Assembly: GCA_964016885.1 (NCBI GenBank)
Contig: OZ024743.1
Span: forward strand, 111,662,001 to 111,726,000
From: Eledone cirrhosa
Taxonomy: Eukaryota
Length of the DNA stretch: 64,000 bases
Reading direction: 5' to 3'
The notes beneath the pieces are model-generated. The model had not been told where the DNA came from, did not search any database, and saw only the letters and a list, made by a program, of their open reading frames with translations. Positions 47,610-60,530 of this stretch are shown piece after piece; within the stretch, counting starts at the first letter, position 1; the number at the start of each line of letters is the position of its first letter. A program made the translations under genes and the position numbers.

Positions 47610-47812
47610 TTGTTTTTCCCGGACAGGCAGCTAGACTATCGCAGAGCTAACTTCCAACTAATGCTGGTACTGAATTTTAGTTGAATGTGCTGAAGCAACT
47701 TCCGAAGTATTTCACTCAAGAACACAACGCACGATCCAGTCCAGGAGTGAAGCAAGTAGGAAATTATGATGGTAGCACCATTCGCTTAACCACTAGGCCT
47801 TATACCTTCACA
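47610..47812 (-). mobile_element. Degenerate SINE family 2 copy
   Basis: ggacaggcagc..tgctggtactga..ctcaagaacacaacgc..ttaaccactaggcc; another relic at ~61530-61650. Confidence 0.6.
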
Positions 47813-50032
47813 TGTTTGTGTCTTATGGCTGATTGAATGCGATGAAGAGTCGCTGTAATCATGAAACTTAATGTATTTTTAGACGGAACACTGTAAAATA
47901 TATCCATCCCATTGGTATAAATTGAATAATGAAACAAAATTACTTTATATTAGAAAAACCACTTGGGGACTGACACAATATATATCTCCGGAAACAGCAA
48001 TGCTTCTTATCAAGTAATCAAGTAACAGGGTCCCTTTCAATACGAGAAAAGACATGCGATACTCGGGGTTGTATTCCTACTTTCTTCAATGTAGCAATAT
48101 TTTATGTCAAACCTGATAATGCTATCATTTGGCAAACTAACTCATCGATTTTTGGAATGTAGGTTTAATATACGTTGAGAGGAATGAGCCTCACAATATT
48201 TCAAATGCCCATGATTGTGTCACACAATCATGCCTCTCATGACATGATGAGTAGTTAGAGCCCCTTTGCATTTTATATCTCGATTTTCGCTTTTGTTATT
48301 CGCTTTTATATTTTGTTTAAATATTTTATAAATATATCCTCGTTTTTAATCAGCACCAGCATGTTTCCAATAGTGTAATGTAAATAAGGTTTAGAAATTG
48401 TTTAAAATTTAATAAACTGTGTCTTTACAAAATAATTCCGTAGGCATTAAAGGGGAGAATGAAAGATTACTAAGGAAAAGAATCATATCTTATTTCAGCC
48501 TTTTCTGAATAAGACATTATCATATTAAAAATAAATGTGTTAAATGCTTTGTGATATACATAGTGAAGACATTAAATAATATTTTTTGGTTTGTTGTTTG
48601 TCTTTTAATCCAATAGCAAATTGAATGGAAAAAGTTGATAATATTATGAAGACAATTACTTGATTTGAATTTCAAACTGTAAGCCCACATGGTTAAGTCG
48701 ATTTCTACCCCATTCCCTTTATTAATACATTCTTCATGCAACGAAGATATCAAGTTATCTGACCATTTTGGCATGACATTCACCACATTAAAAGACAGAG
48801 AAAAGAAAATTAAACGGTACAGAACAATTCAACATTTTTTCTCAACATCATTTACATTGTCATCAGATTGTCAACATAGCTTTACATATGCAAATGAGTG
48901 TACATAATCATATTGTAGAAGAATTATGAGAAAATAAAACAAAACATATAACGAAAAATATTAATTCTTAACTTTAATATATGCAAATAATTTAATAGTA
49001 ATTCACGATATTAATCCCACAACAACGACAGGTCCAGTATAATATTAGTATCTTCATACTTGATACAAGCAAAGTATTTTCATTTGAAAGGGGAAATTAA
49101 ATGTTGTGGCATTGAAGCCTTTTTTCACAAGCCTCAATACGTAAAGGAAAGGGTGATTAAAATAACTTCAGATAGTATTTGCTTGTGTATTCAGATACCC
49201 AAGTTCACACTATCTTGATTTCATTTTACAAATCTCATATGCTATATATTTCAGGCAAAGGTCGATGTTTATTCTATCACATGTCAACTACAATAACCTT
49301 CTCCGAGAACTGAAATAAAAACATTGATTAACGTCAGTGTGCATTTATGACAGCATTTCAAACGCAAGCCAGCAGTAAATTACATCTTGCTCAGCAGAAC
49401 TTGACAATTAGATGAAAATGTTTTATTTTTGACCTTATGAAAACAAATTGTATTTAAGGGAATTTGTATAAATATCAGTAACATTGATTAAAGGGGTAGT
49501 GCCAGTCTACATTGATTCATTGAAACTAAATATACTCTACTTCTGCTTCATTTTTCCCTGATAAAAAATTCAGCAGCTCAAGATTTTAAAATATATTTTA
49601 AAGAAATGTAACATTATGTAAGTGATGGTAGAAACATTTTCAAATGCTAATGAAAAGTGAGTTGCAAATTCAGGATGCATCATATTTATCGTTTTATTTG
49701 GTGCACGTAATTTCAAATAATTAGCCTTAATGAATTTCATTTCCCCTGGTATACTTACATATTTTTCGAACTTTATATTGTGTAATGGTAGCATCAGATA
49801 TATGGTTAACATGCAATGAAGGAGGTTAACATTAACTTTTATTTGCAAATAGCTTGGCGCATGCATTTGAACACGGTCAGCCATGCTGAATTTACACGTC
49901 GGCTAAGTGTCTTCTAGCGTAACCTGAGATAGATGAAAATATTCTCAGTTATATTACATTACACGTAATCAACGTATATAAATATACACACACTCTCTCC
50001 ACGCACACACACACATATATATATATCTATAT

Positions 50033-50716
50033 AAATGGAAAAGAATGAAATGAAATTTCATTTCTCACTCTTAGTACGGCTGATACTTAAATATAAGTAT
50101 GTATACGTGCATACATATATGTATACAGACGTACAGTAGTATGTATATATATGCATACATGCACTCATATATATATGTACGTATGGGTTTACCGAACATT
50201 TATTATAATGTTCGGTTTGTTTGTAAACAAACAGCCCGAATCAAGCCGTACAGTGTTCGGCAACCATCGTTGCCCTTTTGTTCAACACTGACAAAGGAAC
50301 AATGAACTAGTTCCAAGCTTATTAGCTATCGTCATCACCGTATACCTTCCTGTCAGATGATTGAACGTTTGAAAGTATATACTTTCCTTATGCATATTAA
50401 CGGCTGAGCAGCCTAATTGCCATATCGAGTGAGTTAGTCGGCCGGGCGTACCGAAAACGATGAATGGAAAAGAATGCAATGAAATTTCATTTCTCACTGT
50501 TAGTACGGCTGATACTTAAATATAAGTGTGTATACGTACATACATATATGTATACATACGTACAGTATTATGTATATATATACATACATGCACACATATA
50601 TATATATGTACGTATGGGTTTACCGAACATTTATTATAATGTTCGGTTTGTTTGTAAGCAAACAGCCCGAATTAAGCCGTACAGTGTTCGGCAACCATCA
50701 TTGCCCTTTTGTTCAA
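50033..50716 (-). mobile_element. Second locus of the 420-bp HHR repeat family (~1.6 tandem units), HHR decayed
   Basis: 50035.. repeats at 50464..; homologous to 40500-41545; core reads ATGACGA..GGAA; flanked by (TA)n. Confidence 0.85.
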
Positions 50717-50836
50717 TATTATATATATATAGTGTTGATGTGTGTTTATTTTCATAATTCCACACGAGGTGTACTAGCCTGCTTTTAAATTCCCTTTCTG
50801 GCATATTTTAGCAGTGATTTGGTTTACCGTGCTTGA

Positions 50837-50917
50837 GCTCTACTGATGAACGGTTCCAACCGTGACTAACCCCACTGAAAAGTTTCGTGAAATAGTCTTT
50901 TTAAGACTATATAGAGC
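50837..50917 (+). ncRNA. Complete monomeric type I hammerhead ribozyme
   Basis: GCTCTA-CTGATGA-ACGG...TCGT-GAAA-TAGTCTT-TTT-AAGACTA-T-A-TAGAGC: 6-bp stem I, 8-bp stem III, intact core, AUA site. Confidence 0.8.
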
Positions 50918-51417
50918 ATTTGTAGTTTTTCCAAATTGAAAGATAAATATTTAACCTTAATTTTATTCTGAGTTAAGACTCTATTGGTTTTTTCCCTGGA
51001 TTTCACAAAATCTATGGATAAAATTTTTGTCTTGACTTTTTTGTTTTTAATTGAGTTTGAATTATTTTCCCATATCTTACGTTAAATAGTTTCTATCTTG
51101 ACGTTATAGTCACTTATATATTATGAAATACTGTTGGCTTCTTGCTCACATTAATTTCTCTATTTTCATTTATATATATAGGAAAAGGCTCAACCTGTTT
51201 CGACTACCCTAAGTATTGAGTACTCTGGTGTGTTATGGTCCATATGGTTCCTTACCCCACTTCCTTCATTATATATATATATATGAAAAAATGGCGGGCT
51301 GCGTGGTTGCAAATGGGTTACATATGAATAAAATTAATCCTTCATCAGTGATCTTCCAGCCTTTAAAGCGATGAAATACCAATGAAGGCGGGAAGATCAC
51401 TGATGAAGGACTCATTT

Positions 51418-51525
<108 letters not shown>

Positions 51526-51639
51526 TACTTGTCACTCGTTGGTTACTTATTCCTTATTCTATCTGTGTGAGTCCGGTCTATCTTATTACTTTAGTACATG
51601 TGTGACTCTATATGTCTCTCTATTGCCATTAGTTAATAA

Positions 51640-52148
51640 TAATTAGGAGGTTGCTGCTATTCCACTTGTATATTCTATTTAGTTTTCGTCGGACTTCGTT
51701 TATGTCTGCCGCTTTAATCATTTGCCGGAACATTGTGTCTGTTCTGTATTGGATGTAATTCTTATTTCAATTTTCTCCATTAATCTCCAATGTTCCATTC
51801 TGACATGTACTAATGAGATTTTCTCGGCAGTGTTCTTTAAATCTTTAGACTATGCTACGGTCCGTCTGACCTGTTTGTCATGTTTCTAACCCTACATTGT
51901 CCCTCTGTGCATCTTCTGTTATATATTACGTTCCTAGTTTTACTGTTAATCTGTAGGCTTAGACTGCACACTATATATGTTCTATCAGTGCAGAGGCTTT
52001 TCTGAAAAATGTACGTTCTGCTAATCAGGGCATCGATGGGAATACCTGTTTTCTCTACTATCTTAATATTTAATTTTAATTTCTCTAGAGCCCTTCTAAA
52101 TAGGTATGCTAGTTCGCCTCTGGGGGTATCATTGACAAACATTACAGT
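51640..52148 (-). pseudogene. Penelope-like element Zn-linker and GIY-YIG remnant (third lineage; same family as 62840-63130)
   Basis: VMFVNDTPRGELAYLFRRALEKLKLNIKIVEKTG..C..C..RNVIY..C/YDGQTDRS..RFKEH../DTMFRQMIKAADI..LNR..W. Confidence 0.8.
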
Positions 52149-52289
52149 CTGACACACACACACATACATATAGATATATTTCAGTTCCTCAGTGAAATAA
52201 CAACCCAACCAGGAACTGGGCATATCAGAGTATTGACAAAATTATACACCTCAACAACATATGTACTTGTCTATACCACACTAATTCGG

Positions 52290-52344
52290 ACTGCCTGAAG
52301 AGGTCACAGCCAAAGATGGCTGTCATTGAAATATATATAGCAGT
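52290..52344 (+). ncRNA. Minimal type I hammerhead (dimer type), all three stems present
   Basis: ACTGC-CTGAAGA-GGTCACAGCCA-AAGA-TGGCTGTCATT-GAAA-TATATA-TA-GCAGT, followed by AATAAA. Confidence 0.78.
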
Positions 52345-52389
52345 AATAAACGAAGCTAAATTTTAAACATTTGACTTTTTATTTAACTT

Positions 52390-52429
<40 letters not shown>

Positions 52430-52505
52430 CGAAGGAAATGTGGTAAAGAACCAGGTGGACCATAACGCACCAAAGTACTCAATACTTAGGGTAGTAGAGT
52501 GGGTA

Positions 52506-53457
52506 ATAGGAACAAGTAAGATCCCGACGGCTGAGCTCAAGCCGTTTCGACGGCTAATTCTGGACTGAATGAAAATTTATTCAGGTATTTAAATAGCCGA
52601 GCTTATCAAGGGGTAATTCCATATATGGTCAAAGAGATAATCACCAGGATTGGTCACATCACAAGTTAGTAGTAAATCTGTGATGGCAAATTGGTGGGGG
52701 AAGGGGTAGCTGAACCAGCCGGTAGGAGAAAAAGGGAGATGGGGTGGAGTAGACCCATTGATGCGTTGGTAGGGCCGGCTACAGCAGGGTGTGAGGTCAA
52801 AGAAGATACTGGGGAGGGGGATGGGGAGGAAGTCAAAACAGTAAGTAAAACAAAGAAGGGTAAAACTATAAAAAGTACTGAGAGAGAAAAGAAAAAATAA
52901 GCAGTCTCGTTACTAAGACTTAAGTCTCTCGCTATTGCTAGGCTAAAATAATACATAAATAAATAAATAAACAAATAAGTGAATATTCACTTATTTGTTT
53001 ATTTACTTATTTATGTATTTTTTTAGCCTAGCAATAGCGAGAGACTTAAGTCTTAGTAACCAGACTTTCTTTTTTTTGTTTCTCTCTCAGTACTTTTTAT
53101 AGTTTTACCCTTCTTGGTTTTACTTACCGTTTCGACTTACTCCCCATCCCCCTCCACAGTATCTGCTTTGACCTCACACCCAGCTGTAGCCGGCCCTACC
53201 AACGCATGAATGAGTCTACTCCACCCCCTCTCCCTTTTTCTCCTACCGGCAGGTTCAGCTACCCCTTCCCCCACCAATTTGCCATCACAGATTGACTACT
53301 AACTTGTGATGTTACCAATCCTGGTGATTATCTCTTTGACCATATATGGAATTACCCCTTGATAAGCTCGGCTATTTAAATACCTGCTTAAATTTTCATT
53401 CAGTCCAAAATTAGCCGTCGAAACGGCTTGAGCTCAGCCGTCGGGGTCTTACTTGTT

Positions 53458-53462
<5 letters not shown>
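52506..53462. repeat. Spacerless palindrome with ~479 bp arms and one U3-A8 hammerhead per arm
   Basis: Centre GTGAAT|ATTCAC at 52984/52985; arms differ by scattered substitutions; element runs 52428-53462 between (TA)n tracts. Confidence 0.95.
53354..53447 (+). ncRNA. Type I hammerhead, U3-A8 variant, GUC site
   Basis: ACCCC-TTGATAA-G-CT-CGGCTA...TAGCCG-T-C-GAAA-CGGCT-TGAGCTC-AGCCG-T-C-GGGGT; mirror copy at 52521-52614 (-); relative at 59178-59256. Confidence 0.75.
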
Positions 53463-53497
<35 letters not shown>

Positions 53498-53709
53498 TAT
53501 ATAAGGGATAACAAAATATCATTATAGGTAATCCAGTTAGAGGTTGTTAATACTTCTTATTATGGATAGTTTTAGCGTACGGGCACTGCTTATAGTGTTC
53601 AGCAATCTTTAAACACCTTTATCAGTCAAACAATTGTTAGACTCTAAATCAATCCCCTTTTTTGTACGTTTGACTACTTTTTCAATTTTATATAAATATA
53701 TATATATGC

Positions 53710-53784
<75 letters not shown>

Positions 53785-54723
53785 CTTGTCTCTAATATTT
53801 GACAAGTCTTCTCCCCTCAATGAAGAGAATTGTAAATCTTCCAATATTGGTTCATCCAATTTCTTGGAATGGTTAATGTATATTTTGGACTCCAGAACAT
53901 ATTTTTGAGGAACTCTATAAGTAAACCCAACTTATGCTTGTCGGTCTAGCCGATAACCCTCAAAAACAGATATTGGCTTAAATTTTAATATATTTTGCTG
54001 TTTCTCTGTGTAGATCATTTAATAATATATCTTATCCTTTCATTGAGATGTCTAAGTATTAGAGATAAGTAACGTCATATATATATATATGTTTATATAT
54101 ATATATCCTTTTGTATGTGAGTGTGTATATATATATTTCGTGTGATTACGTACGTATGTGGGTTTAATAAATTCCCTAGATGTCGTTCTATGGTTAGATA
54201 TATCTATGCCTTTTATATAAGCTGCAAATATGCCAATGTCATAATAAATGTGTATAAACATATATGTTGATCTCGTAATCACCAAAAATAACAGTTACTT
54301 TACGAAACCTATCAATATTATAATAACATCTTTCAAATGTCACTATAGTAATGGAATAAACTACACATAGTACAGGTAGACTATGTAATCGACATAGAAA
54401 CTTTGTCTTCAGTTTGTTTAATGTATTGATTGTCTATAATACACTATACTGACAAGCCATTTTTTTTCAGAACCATGCGCAGATTTTCGGGTTCAACGGC
54501 ACGGTCTCCCTGACCGTAATTAATAAATTAAAATAATCAGGAGGAACAGCTGCGAGATGTGTAGGAGCAATAACTTACATGTTTTCTATGAACACGTACA
54601 GAATATGATCTGACCAACACAGTGGATGCACCTCGCCTTATATTTAATTACATACCATTTCACCAGTTATCAGAAGAAGTAAACAATCTGTCAATTTCAT
54701 CCTGGTTATATGTAATATGTTAA

Positions 54724-54972
54724 GGAACGTAGCCTAGTGGGATGTGTGTTGGACTTATGATAGTAATCTTGTGGGTTCGATTCCTGGCCTGGATTGCGTG
54801 TTGTGTTCTTGAGCAAAACATTTCATTTCACATTGCTCCAGTATACTCCGCTGAAAATGAGTACCAGCAATAGCTGGGAGTTTAACCCTGTGATTGGCTG
54901 GCGTCCTGTCCAGTGGGGGGAGTCTTGTTCTCTCAGTAGCTTCACGCCATGAAACTTGGATAAGCACTGCCT
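54724..54972 (+). mobile_element. SINE family 2 copy
   Basis: TAGCCTAGTGG A-box, GGTTCGATTCC B-box; colinear with 27118-27398. Confidence 0.85.
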
Positions 54973-56239
54973 CAACGCGCTGCGTGCAGCGCACGAGTGT
55001 GTTCATGCATATGTAGTAATAACTTTTGGTACCAACTACAGACTTAATGTGTTGAATTTCAATAGGAACTGACATGTTTTTATATCATCAATCACTGATC
55101 AGATCATTTTCAATTCATCATTCTCTAAAATGGAACTTAACTTTATTTTCTCGTTACAAAGTATTTGTGTTTACCGTGTTTGTACCACAATTTCTGTATG
55201 TTGCTTACATTCAGAGTGCTGGTGTATATTGTACAAGAGAAAAAAAAAATGTTAATAATAATGTCATTAATGCTGTTTGCTTATGATTTAATGGAACCCT
55301 TGTTACTTTAGTTATCTCCGATTTAATAATATTCATATACGAACATACGATACGGTTTCTATAGCTTCATCTCGTATATGTATATATGATAATATATGAA
55401 TGTGAATCATTTAAAATTCAAAAGCGTCGTTTGTTTAACAAAGGTTCTATTAGGATGTATGTTCATACTTTATCATATATATTAAAAGGTTTGCATACTC
55501 ACTAATTTTAATTAAAATATGGTTCTATAGGCAATCCTTAACAAATATATATTCAGAAAGTTAAAAATGTAGCTAATAATGAGCAGATATCTTTTATAAT
55601 TTTGTAGGTTTCAATTCGGAAGCGTAGAAGAGCTATGTCATATTTCGTATTCAAATTCTTTAATTATTTGTTTGTATCCTGTTTATTAAATATGTTTCTG
55701 AGTTCAGGAAATTATACAGTAAATTACAGAAATTCAATTTCTATTCTCGGTAATGTCTTTAAAGTTAGATGTGTCTTTGTTGTGCGAATACCCAAAGAGA
55801 CGAAATCCCTATGGCAATGAAAATGTATAGTTATAACATGAATAATAAACATCACCTGTCAGTAGTGTCAGGGCATTCATCAAAGCAATTGAATAATAGA
55901 TATCTTCGTTTTCGAACACAGAAGAATGTTTTGTTTGATGGGGACGGTTATTTCGTATTTCTTATGAGATATGATCCTTCTTTAAAGACGGATAGTTTTT
56001 GCTTATTCACCTCAACGGAATCTAAATTTATTTAAAACTGCATCAATCTCTTTTTAGAATGTTCACATCGCTAAATATATTTACATCTCATTTTTCAGCT
56101 CAAGTAAATATATCAATATAAACAACCGCTATATATGTAATACTGTTTATCCTACTACACGTACAGTGCCGCCCTATAAGTAAATGACCGTTGTTATTTC
56201 TATACCACCAGATGGAATATATGTGTGCGTATATATATA

Positions 56240-56531
<292 letters not shown>

Positions 56532-56763
56532 ATGTATATTTTTTTTTCTTCTTTCTTTCTTTATTTCTTCTTTTTTCTCTTTGACGGGGAGGTAGTAGCA
56601 CATTACAAGCTTTCGCCCCCTCACCAGATGGTCATAAGTAGACCGAATAGCCAACACTTGAGGGCGACCGACTGAGTTAGAAGATGCTAGGTGGTGTCGT
56701 CCTCTTGTCTATGATTTTCAGCCCCATGGATTTTATCTGTTATATTTCTTTGTTATATTTCGA

Positions 56764-56828
56764 ATAGCTGATGTTATCACCAGATTCATACCGAACCCGG
56801 TCATTGAAATGATCATAGTATAATAAAC
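56764..56828 (+). ncRNA. Decayed minimal hammerhead
   Basis: ATAG-CTGATGT...GGTCATT-GAAA-TGATCA-TA-GTAT-AATAAA. Confidence 0.4.
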
Positions 56829-57014
56829 ATTTCAAGGATTTACACCAGTCCAGCCTCCTGTCATATTATTATAATAATTAACTCTGTACTCGCACCATCA
56901 ACTACACAAAAGAAGACGGGTGAGCTGCATTACGTTGAGTACTCTCCATAATATTACATCGAGATTGATCATATGGAATGACCAATTCAATCCATGGGTG
57001 AACCAACAAACCTA

Positions 57015-57071
<57 letters not shown>

Positions 57072-57079
<8 letters not shown>

Positions 57080-57168
57080 TAACCGATTAAAGTTTAAGCA
57101 AAGAATCTCTGCTTTCACCGGTAAAGGCTGCGATTCTTTGCTTAAACTTTAATCTGTTATTTTAATAA
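57072..57168. repeat. Hairpin with ~35-bp arms next to (TA)n
   Basis: tattaaaataaccgattaaagtttaagcaaagaatc / gattctttgcttaaactttaatctgttatttaata. Confidence 0.8.
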
Positions 57169-57263
57169 ATATTTGCTCTAGGGTTCTTATATATTTGATA
57201 TATATTTAGCCTTATCGACCACTCTTTCCATTTTAGTCCTCACATTTATTATTATATTATTAT

Positions 57264-57299
<36 letters not shown>

Positions 57300-57305
57300 T
57301 ATACT

Positions 57306-57349
57306 ATACATACAATTCATGTATGCATCGCTATTTCAGAGCACCAATC

Positions 57350-57413
<64 letters not shown>

Positions 57414-57890
57414 GATTGGTGCTCTGAAATAGCGATGCATACATGAATTGTATGTATTTTGCCGAAAAAAGAAGTAAGTGACATATTCACTACTTTAAAA
57501 ATGATAGCGCTAGGTCTTCAAAATGTTTTTAATTAAGCATACGGTATATTGCCAAATATACTATACATACATTCATGTATACATCGCTATTTCAGAGCAC
57601 CAGTCCTAATACCTAATTGTTGCTTGACCGGCAATCGCTCTGTATAATCAGCTTCTGATTATTACTGGAATTCTATAAGAATCTAGCCTCTATAATTTTT
57701 CTGCAAGGGCGGGGAGCACGTTGCTCTGAGGATCACCAACAGCATGCAACAGAATAATGTGTTAGCTTCTTTCCCTTCTTTTGCCGAAAAAAGAAGAAAG
57801 TGACATAGTCGCTACTTTAAAAATAATAGCGCAATGTCTTCAAAATGTTTTTAATTAAACATACGGTATATTGCCATACATTCATTTATA
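57306..57890. mobile_element. PLE-like arrangement: 48-bp inverted arms around (TA)n plus a ~322-bp direct repeat
   Basis: 57306-57353 vs 57409-57457; 57458-57555 repeats at 57780-57876. Confidence 0.7.
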
Positions 57891-57893
57891 TAT

Positions 57894-57954
<61 letters not shown>

Positions 57955-59159
57955 TATATACATTACCTTATTGAAAATAGATTCTGTCTTGCAATCCACA
58001 ATTTCTAAGAGATGGCTTTGGAGATTTTCCCTACCAGTTTTGTACATTTGTGGTCCCTGGCGAGTTACATAACAATATTATACATTGTAATTTCCCACAG
58101 TTGCAATTGCAAATTACCATTTCAACCTGTATAGTAACAAAGAAAAATTGCAATTCACATAGTTTTGTCTTTGTTGAATATTCTTTTCCTATTGTTTGTC
58201 ATGGTTATGTTATTAACCATAAGAACATGTTAGAATATACTTCAGATTGATTTGACGTTTATATTTAAAGGACATAAACAATGTTAGGAAGAATCAATCC
58301 TGTCGGAGCTTGTCCATTGACTGACAGTTGGCCCTCGGCCCAGATGTCACTATTTGTTGAGAATTGGCAGGAAATTATATCTCTGAGAGCATAACTGTTT
58401 ACTACTCATAGAGCTATGATATAAATTGCCTTCATGTAAACTTATAGAGTTGGATTCCTTACATCACAACTTGGTGTGTTATACTATCTTAATTGGTGTG
58501 TTATATAGCATAATTGTATACATCAAAGTAATGGTGGGGAATACATGAATGTATGTTATTATGTAAAGAACACTGGTTGTATAAAGCAATGAACAGACTT
58601 GTTCATGCAACTAATATAGATATTTTCTTTTTTTTTTGTATATATATGTATCTATATATAACTAACTGGAATGACTGCATTGATATTCAGCTGAAACTCA
58701 TCTTGTGAATTGTTATTTGCCTATATAAGGACTCTGGCAAGAGGATATACATAAATATAGATAATCAGTACCCCCACCCTAGTAATTTCTATATAGCATT
58801 GGCTGAAAACTCAATACCAGCTAAAAATATAGCAGCTGTTTTAGACTCTATTTTTTTTTATTATTTTTTATTATTTAAATTTTTCATATTATTGTTATTT
58901 TTATTTATTATCTATTATTTTTTTTATTTTTTAATAACTTTCCACTCTCAGATTCCTCCAGAATTCTTTTTTCGCCGGCTTTCTAACTAGCCTAATTTCT
59001 TCCACACTCCCTAGAATTTGTTGTATAGAATTCCCTTCCAAAGCTTGACCGGTTCCACCCACTCCCTCATTGTTCTACAGGCAATTTCAGCCACCACCAC
59101 CATGAAAGATTTAATTGTGTTTACAAGAAATTTTGACCAATCATTTTGACAACTACAAT

Positions 59160-59352
59160 CTTCCCATATAAGGAATTACCCCTTGAAATGTTCGGCTAAA
59201 AATCTAATTTAGTCTAGATATAGCCGTCGAAACGGCTTGAGCTCTGCCGTCGGGGTCATCAACATTTTCCTATTACACACTCTACTACCCTAGGTATGGA
59301 ATACTCTGGTGCGTTATGGTCCACCTGGTTCCTTACCACAAATCCTTCGTTA
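59160..59352 (+). mobile_element. Non-palindromic member of the 52428-53462 family with HHR (A9>U)
   Basis: ACCCC-TTGAAAT-GTTCGGCTA..TAGCCGTC-GAAACGGC..GCCGTC-GGGGT; ends at (TA)n; further terminal fragments at 51195-51270 and 10581-10620. Confidence 0.8.
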
Positions 59353-59584
59353 TATATATATACATATATATGTGTGTGCGTGCGTATGTATGTGTGCGTG
59401 GATCATGCATGTAAATTCACATGTCAGAGGAGCTGTCGATGAAGACTAGGGCTTCGATCGCCTTAATAGCATCCGAGACGATCGATATTGAAACAATTGT
59501 AATATACAAATAAAGTTTCTACACAAGCTGCAAATCTGACTTGTTTCATACATGGCATTCGTGCTAAGAGATGCGGCACGGTTT

Positions 59585-60346
59585 TTCTCTGAAGTCACAC
59601 ACAATTCTCTGTTTTGTGGCTTAGGTGATATAAATTAAAGTTTTGCCACCCGTCTCTTACTCAACTGGACAGGGTTTGGCTTATGTCAGATGCAGTGACC
59701 CCGGATGAATCAGCAGTATAGGTGGGAGGGGTCGGAACTGCCAGAGTCCATCTCAACAGCCGATGAAAATGGAGTTCTCTGCCCTTGGTTTGTCTTTTAT
59801 GTTTTTTATATAATTTTCTACGGTTTCTCTTTAAAAAATTGTTTTTCGTTTTGTTTAGTTTCCCTTCATTCTCTTATCCTCTCTTTGTTAATTTTCTTAA
59901 GTTTATCTACTGATGTGCCGAACGTGATTAACTCTTCTCCACCTCATTCCCCACTATTTATTGCAATGATTTACATTTTTAATACGGTATCTTACGTTCT
60001 TCACTTCCGTTTTTTTTCAATTTTTTCTTTGTTTCATTCAGGTCTTTCATGCTTTGAGAGGCACCAGACTGTGTTCCCTACATCACATAAAACTCTGTGT
60101 TTTGTAACTTAATTGCTATGAATAAATGTTTAGTCTATTCCCTCTTACTCCACTGGACAGCGTTTGGATTATCTCTGGCACTATGGCCCTAGATGGACCA
60201 GCAGTACCGTTGGTAAGGATCGAAACTCTCAAAGTTTATCTCAAAAGCCGCTTAACATGGAGTTCTGTGTCCTTCGTTTGTATTTATATTGTTTAAATCA
60301 TTTTTTAAGGTTTCCCCTTAAAAGAATTGGTTTCCGTTTTGTTTCC
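59585..60346 (+). repeat. Diverged direct repeat (~270 bp homologous blocks, ~490 bp period)
   Basis: ctcttactc(a/c)actggacag(g/c)gtttgg..cagcagta..atctcaa(c/a)agccg..atggagttct recurs. Confidence 0.75.
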
Positions 60347-60404
60347 GTTCGTTATATATTAATATATATATGTAGATATATATATATATATATGTATATA
60401 CATG

Positions 60405-60530
<126 letters not shown>

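Noticed and set aside
48520-48786. 88-aa ORF as a host exon
   Set aside because: No recognisable homology or convincing splice sites
57960-58600. Possible further PLE or other TE relic
   Set aside because: Only a Cys-rich hint on the minus strand; no alignable motif
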